DNA from: Planctomycetota bacterium
GTDB lineage: Bacteria; Planctomycetota; UBA1135; UBA2386
Length of the DNA: 64,000 nt
Reading direction: 5' to 3'
Assembly (NCBI GenBank): GCA_965228735.1
Contig: OZ245838.1
Location: 3,072,001-3,136,000, forward strand
Shown here: positions 37,459 to 49,521 of the stretch, one piece after another
How the letters are laid out: each line of letters opens with the position of its first letter
Position numbering within the stretch: position 1 is the stretch's first letter
Made by a program: the position numbers and the translations under genes
Notes under the pieces: model-generated
What the model saw: the letters and a program-made list of their open reading frames with translations, nothing else
What the model was told of the DNA's origin: nothing
Databases searched by the model: none

Positions 37459-39549
37459 ATGACCGCCGCCCGACCGCCAATTGACGAAGCCGCCCGGCTC
37501 GCCACCTTGCATCGGTACGGCGTCCTCGACACCCCGGCCGAGCAGGAATACGACGACATCGCGCAGCTCGCGGCACAGATCTGTGACACCGCGATCGGTC
37601 TCGTCAGCCTGACGGACATCGACCGGCAGTGGATGAAGGCGACGTTCGGGTTCGAGTTGCCCGAGATCCCGCGCGATGGGTCGTTCTGCGATCACGCGAT
37701 CCGACAGCGGGAGCCGGATGTGCTCGTCGTCGAGGACGCGGCGAACGATCCGCGTTTCGCCGCTTCGGCTGCCGTCACCGAGATCGGCCTGCGATTCTAC
37801 GTCGGCGCCCCGATCGTCGCGCCGAACGGCCACGTGCTCGGCACGGTCTGCGTCCTCGATCGGCAGCCGCGGACGGCCACGAGCGCGCAGGTCGCCGGGC
37901 TCACGGCGCTCAGCCGCCAGGTCGTCGCGCTGCTCGAACTGCGCCAGCAGCTGCGCACGCGCGACCAGCTCAACGCCTCGCTGCACGAGACTTCGGAGCT
38001 GCTGCTCGAATCCCAGAGCCTCGCGCGCGTCGGTGGTTGGAGCCTCGACATCGCGACGCACGAGCTCGAGTGGACCGACGAGACGTATCGCATCCACGAC
38101 GCGACTCCCCGCTCGTTCGTGCCGACGGTCGAACAGGCGATCGGCTTCTACGTCCCGTCCTACGTCCCGGTGATCGAGGCCGCGGTGAAGAACGCGATCG
38201 CGTCGGCGCAACCGTTCGATCACGAACTCGAACTCATCACGACGATAGGACGTCGAATCTGGGTCCGCGCGACGGGGCGCCCGCTCGTCGAGAACGGCCA
38301 GGTCACGCGCGTGGTCGGCGCGTTCCAGGACATCACGGCCGTCCGCACGGCGGCCGCCGAGCTGCTCGAGGCGAAGGAAGCAGCGGAGGCAGCCAACGAG
38401 GCCAAGGGCCGCTTCCTCGCGACGATGAGCCACGAGATCCGCACGCCGATGAACGCGGTGATCGGCTACACCAACCTGCTCGAGTCGACCCCGCTGGACG
38501 AGACGCAGCGCGAGTATCTGCGCATCATCGAACGGTCCGGCCAGGCGCTCATGGCGCTGATCAACGACGTGCTCGACTACGCGCAGATCGAAGCCGATCG
38601 CGTGGAGATCGAGGCCATCGACTTCGACCTGCACGAGTCCGTCAACGACATCGCGCGCATGCTGGCGCCGACGGCGATCGAGAAGCGCATCGAACTGCGC
38701 GCCGTCGTGAGCAACGGCCTGCCACGGTTCGTCAATGGCGACATCACGCGCCTCGGCCAGGTTCTGCTCAACCTCATCAACAACGCCGTCAAGTTCACCG
38801 AACGTGGCAGCGTGACGCTGGCCGCCCAGCCGGTCGCCGACGCCGACGACCGGATTCGCTTCGAGGTCCGCGACACGGGCATCGGGATCGCGCAGGATCG
38901 GATCGGCCAGCTGTTCGAGGAGTTCACCCAGGCCGACGCCTCGACCCGGCGGCGATTCGGCGGCACCGGGCTCGGGCTCGCGATCTCGCGCCGCATCGTC
39001 GAGCTCATGGGCGGCGAGATCGGCGCATCGAGCACGGTCGGCCGGGGATCGACGTTCTGGTTCACGGTGCCGCTCCCGGCCAGCAAGTCGGCGGCGACCG
39101 CAGAGGACCCGCAAGGCGCCTCGAACGAGACCGACCCCGCGGTCGAGTCCACCGCTGGCCGCCGCCACGTGCTGCTCGCCGAGGACAACCCGATCAATCA
39201 GCGGCTCGCGCGCGAGTTCCTCACCGCGATGGGATGCGACGTCACGGTCGTCGACGACGGCGCGCAGGCCGTCGAGGCGGTGTCGCAGACCGACTACTCG
39301 CTCGTGCTCATGGACTGCCTGATGCCGGAGATGGACGGCTTCGAGGCGACGCGCTTGATCCGCGAGCTCGAGCGGAAAGGTGCGCGCCCAGCGACGCCGA
39401 TCGTCGCGCTGACGGCCAACGCGCAGCCCGGTGACCGCGAACGCTGCCGCGAGGCCGGCATGGACGACCACCTCGGCAAGCCGTTCCGGCGCTCGGATCT
39501 GGAGCACGTCATCGCGACGTGGAGCCGCGTCGTCGCGGCGGTCGACTGA
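37459..39549 (+). CDS. Cytoplasmic hybrid sensor histidine kinase GAF-PAS-HisKA-HATPase-REC
   Basis: Start ATG 37459; [16 protein letters not shown] (GAF), [15 protein letters not shown] (PAS), [38 protein letters not shown]. Confidence 0.95.
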   Translation: MTAARPPIDEAARLATLHRYGVLDTPAEQEYDDIAQLAAQICDTAIGLVSLTDIDRQWMKATFGFELPEIPRDGSFCDHAIRQREPDVLVVEDAANDPRFAASAAVTEIGLRFYVGAPIVAPNGHVLGTVCVLDRQPRTATSAQVAGLTALSRQVVALLELRQQLRTRDQLNASLHETSELLLESQSLARVGGWSLDIATHELEWTDETYRIHDATPRSFVPTVEQAIGFYVPSYVPVIEAAVKNAIASAQPFDHELELITTIGRRIWVRATGRPLVENGQVTRVVGAFQDITAVRTAAAELLEAKEAAEAANEAKGRFLATMSHEIRTPMNAVIGYTNLLESTPLDETQREYLRIIERSGQALMALINDVLDYAQIEADRVEIEAIDFDLHESVNDIARMLAPTAIEKRIELRAVVSNGLPRFVNGDITRLGQVLLNLINNAVKFTERGSVTLAAQPVADADDRIRFEVRDTGIGIAQDRIGQLFEEFTQADASTRRRFGGTGLGLAISRRIVELMGGEIGASSTVGRGSTFWFTVPLPASKSAATAEDPQGASNETDPAVESTAGRRHVLLAEDNPINQRLAREFLTAMGCDVTVVDDGAQAVEAVSQTDYSLVLMDCLMPEMDGFEATRLIRELERKGARPATPIVALTANAQPGDRERCREAGMDDHLGKPFRRSDLEHVIATWSRVVAAVD

Positions 39550-39561
39550 CCGATCTCCGCG

Positions 39562-40203
39562 TTACTTCGCCGCGGACTCGTCGACCTTCTTCACGCCGGC
39601 GGTCACACAGAACCGCAGCGCGTCCTCGACCGTCATGTCGATCCCGCGCACGCGGTCCTCGTCGACGATGACCGTGAAACCGCCGAGCTGGTAACTCATC
39701 GGCAGGTAGACCGCGACCTTGCCATCGCCGATCCCCGCCATGTCGGAGAAGTCGTCGCGCGTGACGAACCCGATCTGTTCGAAGCTGTCCTCGATCTGCA
39801 CGAGCACCACGTGGCGGAACGGCCGCTCGTCCTCGCCGCTGCCGAAGATCCGCACGATGTCGACGATCATCCCGTAGACCGACTTCACGACCGGGATGCG
39901 CTCGAGCATGTGGGTCAGCTGGCGATACAGCGTCCGCGCCACGAACGAGTACATCAGCAGGCCGATCGCGAGGATCAGCAGGATCGACAGACCGAACCCC
40001 ATGCCAGGGCGATACCACCCCCGGGTCACCGTGCCGTCCTCGGCGACCGCACCGTCGACCCAGGCATCGTCGAACAGCAGCAGGAGCAGCTCGTGCAGCA
40101 TGGTCTCGCCGGCGGTCACGGCCCACCAGACGGCCGCGACCGTGAGCGCGACGGGCAGCACCGCCGCGAGCCCGCGGAAGAACAGCTTGGCCAGGAACTT
40201 CAT
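39562..40203 (-). CDS. DUF502 family membrane protein
   Basis: Start ATG 40203; [51 protein letters not shown]. Confidence 0.88.
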   Translation of the reverse strand: MKFLAKLFFRGLAAVLPVALTVAAVWWAVTAGETMLHELLLLLFDDAWVDGAVAEDGTVTRGWYRPGMGFGLSILLILAIGLLMYSFVARTLYRQLTHMLERIPVVKSVYGMIVDIVRIFGSGEDERPFRHVVLVQIEDSFEQIGFVTRDDFSDMAGIGDGKVAVYLPMSYQLGGFTVIVDEDRVRGIDMTVEDALRFCVTAGVKKVDESAAK

Positions 40204-40499
40204 CGCAGCATCGTGCCCCACGGCAGACCGAAATGCGCTCCCCACCTGGTGTTCTGTCGACCCCACCGCGCCGTCGCGGGGTGTTCCGACCGCGAAACAG
40301 GCTCGGCCGGACCGGTGTCCCGGCCGCGGGACAGGTCATTTCGCTGACTGTCGGGCGGACTTCCCCGAACCGCCGGAGAACGCCATAAACCCCTGTAAAA
40401 CCGCCACTCCACGCCCCATTCCGACACGGTATCCTTGTTGCTGATGGTACGGCTCGACGCGTCCGCTCCCGGACCCGTCCTCCACGACCAACGACGCCT

Positions 40500-42512
40500 A
40501 TGAACCTCTGCCGCATCGTCCTGGCCCTCCTGCCCGCGCTGTTCCTGCTCGCGGAGCCGATCGAAGCCCAGCGCGGCCGCTCGTCGTCGCCGCGGGCCTC
40601 GAGCCCGCGTTCGAGTCCGCGAGTCAGCTCGCCGCGAGTCAGCTCGCCGCGCGTGAGCACGCCGCGCAGCGCCCCGCGGGCCAGTTCCCCGCGCAGCATC
40701 CGCTCGACGCCGCGCACCAGTTCGCCGCGGTCGACGCCGCGCGCGAGCACCCGCCAGGCGACGCCGCGGACGTATACGCCGCGCGCTACCCGCAACTCGT
40801 CGCCGCGGTCCTACACCCCGCCGACCCGAACCAACTCGAACCCGCGGTCGGTCTCACCGCGGTCGAGCGTCCGCTCGACGCCGCGCAGTTATCCGGGGCG
40901 CTCGACAACGCGCAATTCGAACCCGCGCAGTTCGTCGTCGACGACGACTCGTACTCCGACGTACCCGCGCGGTCGCAGTTCGGCGCGCACGTCGGACGGC
41001 AACACGAGCCGGAACGTGACGCCACGTTCGACGGCCCGCCCGATCGGCGGCTCGGTGCGCAGCATCGGCGGCTCGTCGACGCGCAAGTACGAGGTCCGCT
41101 CCAACCCGCGTTCGACCGCGCGCCCCGCGCCGTCGACCACGCGAACGCGCGGCTCGACCCGTTCGACGGCCCGGCCGACGACGCGTGAGCTGTACGACCG
41201 CGCCGGCCGGCGCGCGGCGCCGACCCGCAGCACGACCCGCTACCGCCCGGGCGACGTCACGCCGCGCAGCACGAACACGCGGGGCTCCCGCGGCACCGTC
41301 TCCTCGCGACCGATCAGCACGCCGCGTGGCCGCGGGTCGACGACGCCGTCGCGCACGACGCGCTACAACCCGGCGCGCTCGGCCCCGCGCGGCAACACTC
41401 GCGTGCGGACGACCTCGCCGGGCACCGTCTCGCCGATCCGCTCTCGGGGCGGCAGCGCGGCGGTGCGCGCCAACCCGCGCCCCAATGTAGCCAGCAACTC
41501 GCTCGTGCGCAGCAGCGGCCGCATCAGCGCCTCGCCGCGCCTCAACCCACGGGTCGCGAACGGCCGCACGCGCATCGGCACCCGCGTCACCTCGCGACTC
41601 TACGGCAACGGCCGCTTCGGCTTCGGAGCGCCGGGTTTCGGCGGTCGCGGTTTCGGTGCCGTCGCGAGTTCGTGGTGGGATCCGTGCTTCACCTCGTACT
41701 GGCCGTCGAACTGCTGGAATTGGGGCTTCGGCCGCGGCTGCTACGGCTTCGGCGGCTCGCTGTGGTACCCGTTCTACTGGGGCACGTCGTGGCGCTGGAA
41801 CGGCTTCTACGACAACTGCTGGTGGAACAGCTGGAGTCAGCCCGCGTGGGGCGGCTACTGGTGGTACCCGCAGTCGACCTACTGCCCGACCTACCTCTAC
41901 GTGCCGAGCACGTCGGCCATCTACATCGAGGACGGCTACGAGGGCATCCCGGCGGACCCCGCCGCGGAGGACCTGCCGCCGGTCGCCGCGGACCCGGCGC
42001 CGGCAGCGGCCGACGAGACGCCGGACCTCGCCGCGAAGTACGTCGAGCTCGGTGACTTCTACTTCCGCGCCGGCCGCTTCACCGAAGCGGCGGACGCCTA
42101 CGCCCGGGCCCGCTCCTACGCGCCCGACGACGCGCCGCTGCACTTCGTGCTGGCGGACGCGGCGTTCGCGACCGGCGACTATCACTTCGCGGCGTTCCTG
42201 ATCGCCGAGGGCCTGCGCCTCGACCCGGCGCTCGCCGACGTGAAAGTCGACAAGCGTGAGTTCTACGGCGTCCCGAAGCTGTTCGACGAGCACATGGCCG
42301 CGCTGGACAAGTACCTCGCGGACAAGAAATACGACGCGTCGGCGCACCTCGTGCGCGGCTACAACCTCGCGTTCTCCGGCCGCCCGATGGCCGCGATCGC
42401 GGCGTTCGAGCGCGTGCTCGAGATCGCGCCGGACCACCGCGCCGCGCGCCGCTTCCTCGAGGCCCTCGCGCCGAAGAAAGGCGCGGACGAGGCCAAGCCC
42501 AGCGAGCGCTGA
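40500..42512 (+). CDS. Secreted protein: Arg/Ser/Thr/Pro-rich low-complexity region, Trp/Tyr/Gly/Cys-rich region, C-terminal TPR domain
   Basis: Signal peptide ending IEA-Q; SPR/TPR tripeptide repeats; YVELGDFYFRAGRFTEAADAYARA and AIAAFERVLEIAPDH TPR motifs. Confidence 0.85.
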   Translation: MNLCRIVLALLPALFLLAEPIEAQRGRSSSPRASSPRSSPRVSSPRVSSPRVSTPRSAPRASSPRSIRSTPRTSSPRSTPRASTRQATPRTYTPRATRNSSPRSYTPPTRTNSNPRSVSPRSSVRSTPRSYPGRSTTRNSNPRSSSSTTTRTPTYPRGRSSARTSDGNTSRNVTPRSTARPIGGSVRSIGGSSTRKYEVRSNPRSTARPAPSTTRTRGSTRSTARPTTRELYDRAGRRAAPTRSTTRYRPGDVTPRSTNTRGSRGTVSSRPISTPRGRGSTTPSRTTRYNPARSAPRGNTRVRTTSPGTVSPIRSRGGSAAVRANPRPNVASNSLVRSSGRISASPRLNPRVANGRTRIGTRVTSRLYGNGRFGFGAPGFGGRGFGAVASSWWDPCFTSYWPSNCWNWGFGRGCYGFGGSLWYPFYWGTSWRWNGFYDNCWWNSWSQPAWGGYWWYPQSTYCPTYLYVPSTSAIYIEDGYEGIPADPAAEDLPPVAADPAPAAADETPDLAAKYVELGDFYFRAGRFTEAADAYARARSYAPDDAPLHFVLADAAFATGDYHFAAFLIAEGLRLDPALADVKVDKREFYGVPKLFDEHMAALDKYLADKKYDASAHLVRGYNLAFSGRPMAAIAAFERVLEIAPDHRAARRFLEALAPKKGADEAKPSER

Positions 42513-42549
42513 AGACCGCGCGCTGAGGCCGTGCGCGGAGGCGTGCGCC

Positions 42550-42589
42550 GCGAACGGGCCGGGGGCAGCCGCCCATTGGGCCCGTTCGC
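42550..42589. terminator. GC-rich hairpin after the TPR gene (possible terminator)
   Basis: GCGAACGGGCC (42550-42560) pairs with GGCCCGTTCGC (42579-42589); no U-tract. Confidence 0.35.
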
Positions 42590-42648
42590 CAGCTGCGACC
42601 GAAAGCACAGGTCGCGTCAGAGGCCCGGGCACGCTACTGTGCCGCGCG

Positions 42649-43824
42649 ATGGCCCGACGCATCGACACCTACCTCGAGCAGCTGCTCCCCGACGACAAAC
42701 TCGCCTTCTACGAATCGGTCCGCGACTTCGGGGACGAGGAGATCGCGCCCCACCTGCTGCAATGGGAACGCGATCACCGCCTGGTGCCGGACGAGTGCAT
42801 CCAGGCGATGGGCCAGCTCGGGCTGTTCGGCCTGCCGATTCCCGAGGAATACGGCGGGCAGGGCGGCGACCACACGGACCTCGTGCTCATGGGCCTCGCG
42901 CTCGGCTACCACAGCCAGTCGGTCGCGATCACGCCCGGCGCGGCGATCTCGCTCGGCGCCAAGCCGGTGCTGCTCTGCGGCTCCGAGGAGCAGAAGCGCG
43001 AACACTTGCCGGCCCTGGCGCGCGGCGAGCGCATGTTCGTCTTCGGCCTGTCCGAGCCCGGGCGCGGCAGTGACGCGGCCAACCCCGAGGTCACCGCGGC
43101 CAAGCAGGGCGACAAGTGGGTCATCAACGGCGAGAAGTGCTGGTCGACCAACGCGGCGTGGGCGAGCCACGTCGTCGTGCACGCGCTGACCGACAAGGAC
43201 GCGCCCAACGGCAAGCGCTCGACCTGCTTCATCGTGCCGATGGATCAGCAGGGTGTCTTCTACCAGGAGATGCAGGGCAAGAAGGTGTGGGAGCAGAGCT
43301 CGACCGGGTCGATCATGTTCGACAACGTCGAGGTGCCGCACGACGCGATCCTCGGCAACGAGAACGAGGGCTTCAAGGTCATGGTGACCACGCTCAACGG
43401 CGGTCGCCTGTTCATCGCGGCGCTCGCGATGGCGTCGCTCGCGTTCGCGCTCGACAAGTGCCGCGTCTACGCCGAAGAACGTATCCAGTTCGACGAGAAG
43501 CCGATCGGCCGCTTCCAGCGCGTGCAGGACGTGATCGTCGACATGGACATCGCGCTCGAGCGCGGCATGACCTGGCTCATGCACTGCTGCGACCTCTACG
43601 CGCAGAACAAGCTGGCGCGCGAGCAGGCCGCCAAGGTCAAGGTCGACTGCAGCCGCTCGGCGAGTGAGCTCATCGCGCTCGGTATGGAGATCTGCGGCGG
43701 CGTGGCGTGCTTCGACGAGTTCGGCCTGATCCGGCACCACAACGATCTGTTCGTGACGCGCGTCGGCGAGGGCAGCAACTACGTGCTCAAGGACCTCATC
43801 GTCCGGCCGCTGCGGCAGGGCTGA
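42649..43824 (+). CDS. Acyl-CoA dehydrogenase
   Basis: Start ATG 42649; IPEEYGGQG, FGLSEPGRGSDA, INGEKCWSTNA, TLNGGR, RIQF..PIGRFQ, VGEGSN. Confidence 0.95.
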   Translation: MARRIDTYLEQLLPDDKLAFYESVRDFGDEEIAPHLLQWERDHRLVPDECIQAMGQLGLFGLPIPEEYGGQGGDHTDLVLMGLALGYHSQSVAITPGAAISLGAKPVLLCGSEEQKREHLPALARGERMFVFGLSEPGRGSDAANPEVTAAKQGDKWVINGEKCWSTNAAWASHVVVHALTDKDAPNGKRSTCFIVPMDQQGVFYQEMQGKKVWEQSSTGSIMFDNVEVPHDAILGNENEGFKVMVTTLNGGRLFIAALAMASLAFALDKCRVYAEERIQFDEKPIGRFQRVQDVIVDMDIALERGMTWLMHCCDLYAQNKLAREQAAKVKVDCSRSASELIALGMEICGGVACFDEFGLIRHHNDLFVTRVGEGSNYVLKDLIVRPLRQG

Positions 43825-43836
43825 CCCGGCGGGCTC

Positions 43837-44715
43837 GTGCTCGGCGGCATCGAAGCAGGCGGCACCAAGCTCGTCCTCGCGCTCGCCGAGTCGCCGACCC
43901 GCATCCTGCGCACGACGCACGTCCCGACGACCACGCCCGCGGCCGCACGAACGGCGATCCAGGTGTTCTTCGGCGACCCCGGCGGCCGGCCGCAGGCGAT
44001 CGGCGTCGGCACGTTCGGCCCGGTGCGGCTCGCCGCGGATCACCCGGAACGCGGGCAGATCGAGAACACGCCGAAGCCGGGATGGAGCGGGTTCGACTGG
44101 CGCGCCGTGCTCACGCCGATCGTCGGCGAACGCGCCGCGATCGACACCGACGTCGGCGCTGCCGCACTCGCGGAGGGTGCCCACGGCGCGGCGCGTGGCT
44201 GTCGTGACCTCGCCTACGTGACGGTCGGCACGGGCATCGGTGCCGGCATCGTGAGCGGCGGCCGGCTCGTGCACGGCGCCATGCATCCCGAGTTCGGCCA
44301 CGTGCGCGTGCGGCGAATCGCGGGCGATGCGTTCGCCGGGAGCTGCCCCGCGCACGGCGACTGCCTCGAAGGCCTCGCGAGCGGCACGGCGATCGCCCAG
44401 GCAACCGGTCGCCCGGCCGCGGACGTGCCGCTCACGGACCCGGCGTGGAACCGCGTCGCGAATGCCCTCGGCGAGGCGATGGCGCTGCTCACGCTCACGA
44501 CGATGCCGGAGCGCATCGTCCTCGGCGGCGGCGTGATGCAGCGCGGCGAAGCGTTGCTCGAACGGATCCGCCGCGCGACTGGCGACGCGCTCGGCGACTA
44601 CCTGCCCGACGGGCCGACGAACGACCTCGACACGTTCCTCGTGCTGCCCGGGCTCGGCGATCGTGCGGGCATCGTCGGTGCGCTCATGCTCGCGGAACGC
44701 GCGCTCACGAACTGA
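43837..44715 (+). CDS. ROK family sugar kinase (fructokinase-like)
   Basis: GGIEAGGTK, FGP, TPKPGW, DTDV, YVTVGTGIG, HPEFGH, CPAHGDCLEGLASG. Confidence 0.92.
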   Translation: MLGGIEAGGTKLVLALAESPTRILRTTHVPTTTPAAARTAIQVFFGDPGGRPQAIGVGTFGPVRLAADHPERGQIENTPKPGWSGFDWRAVLTPIVGERAAIDTDVGAAALAEGAHGAARGCRDLAYVTVGTGIGAGIVSGGRLVHGAMHPEFGHVRVRRIAGDAFAGSCPAHGDCLEGLASGTAIAQATGRPAADVPLTDPAWNRVANALGEAMALLTLTTMPERIVLGGGVMQRGEALLERIRRATGDALGDYLPDGPTNDLDTFLVLPGLGDRAGIVGALMLAERALTN

Positions 44716-44731
44716 GCAGCCGTTCGTAGAT

Positions 44732-44799
44732 CCCGAGATCGGCGTCGGCGATGGCGGTGACCCGGTCGATCTCGGGGACTCCGCTCCAGGCCCTCTTCG
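44732..44799. terminator. Hairpins between convergent ROK kinase and response-regulator genes
   Basis: CCCGAGATCG (44732-44741) / CGATCTCGGG (44767-44776); a second short stem CCTCTTC-GA-GAAGAGG begins near 44792. Confidence 0.35.
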
Positions 44800-44826
44800 A
44801 GAAGAGGCCGTCCTGACCAATCGACG

Positions 44827-46187
<1,361 letters not shown>

Positions 46188-46191
<4 letters not shown>

Positions 46192-47639
46192 GCGGGTGTC
46201 GCGGGCAGGTAGAACGTGAAGCAGGAGCCGCCCCCGGGCTGGCTCGCGACGGTGATCCAACCGCCGTGATCGCTCAGTATCCCATGCACGATGGATAGCC
46301 CGAGCCCAGTTCCCTGACCAACGTCTTTCGTGGTAAAGAACGGCTCGAACACGCGACCGACGTGCTCCTCTGCGATGCCGGCTCCCGTATCGCGCACGTC
46401 GACTCGTACGCATTTTGACGGCCGGCCCGCCGGCGCCTCGGGCGACGCCGCCTCCTCGCTGCGGACGTCGACGGTCACGGCCCCACCAGGCTTGCTCGCC
46501 TGAATCGCATTGATCACGAGGTTCGCCAGCACCTGCTGAAGGGCGGAGGGATCGCACTCGACCGCGAGGTCGCCGACGTGGCCCGACACTCTGACGTCGA
46601 CGCTGTGCTGCCTGGCCACGGAGGAGACCATCGCCGCGCTCTCGCGCGCGGCCTGCGCCAGGTTCACGCGCGAGCGCCGCCCCGTCCCACGACGCGCAAA
46701 CGCCAGCAGCTGCCGGATGATCCCGGCCATGCGATCCGCCTGAGCGCCGATGATCCTCGCACTCTCCCGGGCTCCCTCCGGCTCGAGCCGATTCTCCTCG
46801 ATCAGCGCGGCGCGCCCCCCGATGACGTTGAGCGGTGTGCCGAGTTCGTGCGCCACGCCGGACGCGAGCTGGCCGACCGTACGCAGACGGTCGGCGTGAC
46901 GAGACTCCTCGATCGCGGCGATCCTAGCCGCGCTCTCGGACTCGAGCCGGTCGCGCGCTTCGGCCAAGGCGTCACACATCTTGTTGAGACTGTCGCCGAG
47001 CTGGGTGAGCTCGTGGCCCCCGGCGATCACGATCGGCTCGGCGAGGTCACCGCCCGCGATACGCTCGACCTTGGTGATCAATCGGTCCAACGGTCGGCCG
47101 ACGATCCGAACCCCGACGACGAGGACCACCACCGCTGCGGCGCACAGCAGCGCCAGCAAGCGCAAGGCCGACCGGGTGTAGACCCGCCCCTCCCACGCCG
47201 ACAGCACGTCCGCAGCCTGCGAGACCTCGAGTCCACCACGCCGCGCGCCGTCGGTTTCCACCGCGTAGTAGCTCAGCAGCCGCGCCGGCCGGGCCAGTTC
47301 CACGAGTTCACCGCGCTCGAGGCTCACCGCCGCTGCGGCGGCACCTGCGAGCGGCGCGAGCGACGACCCGTCCGGCTCGTCGAACCAGATCCAGCGCACG
47401 TCGACGTAGTCCACGCCGGCGTTCGCGTCTTCGATCAGGTCGAGCGCACGGGTTCGCCCATCGGTCGACCAGACGTCGGAGAGCACCTCGGCGAGCACGT
47501 GGCCGAGGGACTTGGCGTCCTGCCGCATCGCCTCCCGCAGCAGCGCCCGCTCGTGGGCATAGACCAGGTAACCGTCGATCGCGACGAGGACGGCGAGCAG
47601 GCCCACGAACACGGCGACAAGGCGGGCGGTCAGCTTCAT
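46188..47639 (-). CDS. Membrane HAMP-domain sensor histidine kinase, cognate to the sigma-54 activator
   Basis: Two TM helices, HAMP, GVAHELGTPLN, NLVINA, FEPFFTTK, GTGLGL; ATGA overlap with the regulator. Confidence 0.95.
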
Positions 47640-47848
47640 GGCCCGAAGAACCTACCAAGCCCGTCGAGCGAGTCGCCCATGCGTCCGAGTCGCGATTATC
47701 GTGTACTTCGGCAGGTCGACCGTGCCGGCGAGTCTCTCGCGACTCGAGCGGCGCCAGCAGCACCGGGCAGACGCGGCCGGGCGATGGCCGGCTTGCGCCG
47801 GGCTTCGACGGAGCGCCCCGAATGCGACTCGACCGGCGCGGCGGGTGC

Positions 47849-47881
47849 GGGGCGTTCTGCCCCCTTGGGACATTCCGCCCC
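47849..47881. promoter_or_regulatory. Tandem imperfect palindromes; putative upstream activator (enhancer) sites for the sigma-54 activator
   Basis: GGGGCG-TTC-TGCCCC (47849-47863) and GGGACA-TTC-CGCCCC (47867-47881), about 125-157 bp upstream of the -24 element. Confidence 0.55.
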
Positions 47882-48005
47882 CGAAGTCGCAGAGGATCAA
47901 CCGCCCACCGCAGCTCGATCCAGCCGCGAATCGTGAGCCGATCGAGCCGACGCCCCCTTTGGTACGGCGGCCTCCCGCCGAGCCGACCGTCGCCGGCTCG
48001 CGACG

Positions 48006-48021
48006 TGGCACGGCACTTGCT
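48006..48021 (+). promoter_or_regulatory. Sigma-54 (-24/-12) promoter
   Basis: TGGCACGGCACTTGCT matches consensus TGGCACG-N4-TTGCW exactly; divergent from the sigma-54 activator operon. Confidence 0.85.
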
Positions 48022-48358
48022 CCAGCCGGTCCCAGGTCAGCAATCACACCGAGACGAAACGACGATTCGAATGCGCAATGTTTCCGACAACGACGCCCCG
48101 CCATGCGACCGCCGGGCGTCATCAAGGCCGAGCAGCCTCACCGCAGGGGACGACCTCGAAGTGCACCGCTTGATCGCCAGCCAACCGGACCAGTGCGGCG
48201 ATGAGGTCGCCGAAGTCGACGCCGACGGGAAACGCCATCCGACTCGGCCGCCAAGGCCCGGTGCCACGAACCGCGACGACGCCGAGGACGCCGCCCGCGG
48301 GCACCGCGTCGCGACGCCCCACCTCCCAACCGATCCGCCCCGACGCGTCGAGTCTCCA

Positions 48359-48478
48359 ATGCAAACGGCCGAACCTTCGAACGAAACGGGCTACACGATC
48401 CTGCTGAAGGTCGTGCTGATCTTCCTCATCGCCCCGCTGGTGGCGGTCTTCCTGGTCCGCTGGCTCATCGGCGTGTGA
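48359..48478 (+). CDS. Small single-TM membrane protein (39 aa); alternative in-frame start at 48071 (135 aa)
   Basis: MQTAEPSNETGYTILLKVVLIFLIAPLVAVFLVRWLIGV; GC3-rich codons in the hydrophobic part; downstream of the sigma-54 promoter. Confidence 0.5.
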   Translation: MQTAEPSNETGYTILLKVVLIFLIAPLVAVFLVRWLIGV

Positions 48479-48521
48479 CCGCCACCGCGCCGAACCGACT
48501 CCGCAAGACTCGCGCCGGCCC

Positions 48522-49364
48522 CTACGGATCGCGACGGGCCCAGTCTTCGAAGCCCGCGAGTTCATCCGTGTTGATCAGATCGACGCCGCACTCGCGCTGG
48601 ACCGCCCAGGCGGCCGGCGAATCGGGCGTGCCCCACAGGCGAACCAACCGACCCTGCTCGTGCGCCCGCAGCACGAAGCGCGCGAGCAGCGCCTTCTCGA
48701 GGTCGTCGAGCTCCGCGGTGTCGCCGTCGAACAACGCGGACCACGGTTCGCTGATCCACGGCACGAGGAACGGCGACACCTCGGACGCGAGATCCTCGGT
48801 GCGCCCGTCGATCGCGCAGAGCCGTTCGGGTTCGCGTTCGACGAGGTCGCGCGGTCGATCGCCCGACAGGATCACGGACACCGCGCCGCGGTCGACGCCG
48901 TCGTCGCGGTAGACCGAGAGCATGGCGCGATGCTCTGCGAGCGCACGCCGCAGCACGGGGTAGACCGCCGCCCCATCGGCCTTGATGTCGACGAGCAGAG
49001 TGAACGGCTCGCCGCCCGGATGCACCGCACCGCCGTTCTGCTGAACGCGGTCGGCGAGCGGCGCGAGATAGAGCTGCTGCAGCGTCCCGATTCCGACCTC
49101 GTCGAGGTCGTGCGCGACCTGCAGTTCGCCGTCCACGAGGAAGATGTCGACCTCGACGTTGTGGAAGCCGTGCGCGAGCGCGTCGAGCAGCGGCCGCGCG
49201 TGGCGGTAATCGTTGTGAGCGTGCCCCGGGTGCGCCGGCTCGGCGGCGCCGGCGGCCACGCTGCAGCCGCCGGCCATCGTCAGCGCCAGCGCCAGACCGA
49301 GCGACCCGGCCAGGGCCAGCCCGCGTGAGAGCTCCGCCGACAACTCCGTTGCACACCGCTTCAT
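48522..49364 (-). CDS. Secreted or lipoprotein PLC-like phosphodiesterase (GDPD/PI-PLC superfamily, AIM6-like)
   Basis: HAHNDY..ARPL..AL..GF..VEVDI, VAHD, TLQQLYLAPL, LLVDIK, RLWGTPD, GVDLINTD; start uncertain. Confidence 0.85.
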   Translation of the reverse strand: MKRCATELSAELSRGLALAGSLGLALALTMAGGCSVAAGAAEPAHPGHAHNDYRHARPLLDALAHGFHNVEVDIFLVDGELQVAHDLDEVGIGTLQQLYLAPLADRVQQNGGAVHPGGEPFTLLVDIKADGAAVYPVLRRALAEHRAMLSVYRDDGVDRGAVSVILSGDRPRDLVEREPERLCAIDGRTEDLASEVSPFLVPWISEPWSALFDGDTAELDDLEKALLARFVLRAHEQGRLVRLWGTPDSPAAWAVQRECGVDLINTDELAGFEDWARRDP

Positions 49365-49468
49365 ACGGCCAGGAATATCCGCCCAAGTCGTTCTTTGACA
49401 GCGACCTGCAGCAACTTCGCGCCCCCCTCCCGGCACCACCCCGGAGCGGGGTCAATTGACGCGCACGC

Positions 49469-49498
49469 TTGACAGCCCGTTCCTGCGCGCCCTAACAA
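49469..49498 (+). promoter_or_regulatory. Possible sigma-70 promoter of topA
   Basis: Perfect -35 TTGACA (49469-49474); weak -10 TAACAA at 18-nt spacing. Confidence 0.4.
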
Positions 49499-49521
49499 GT
49501 GAACGGAACCCCTCGGAACGA

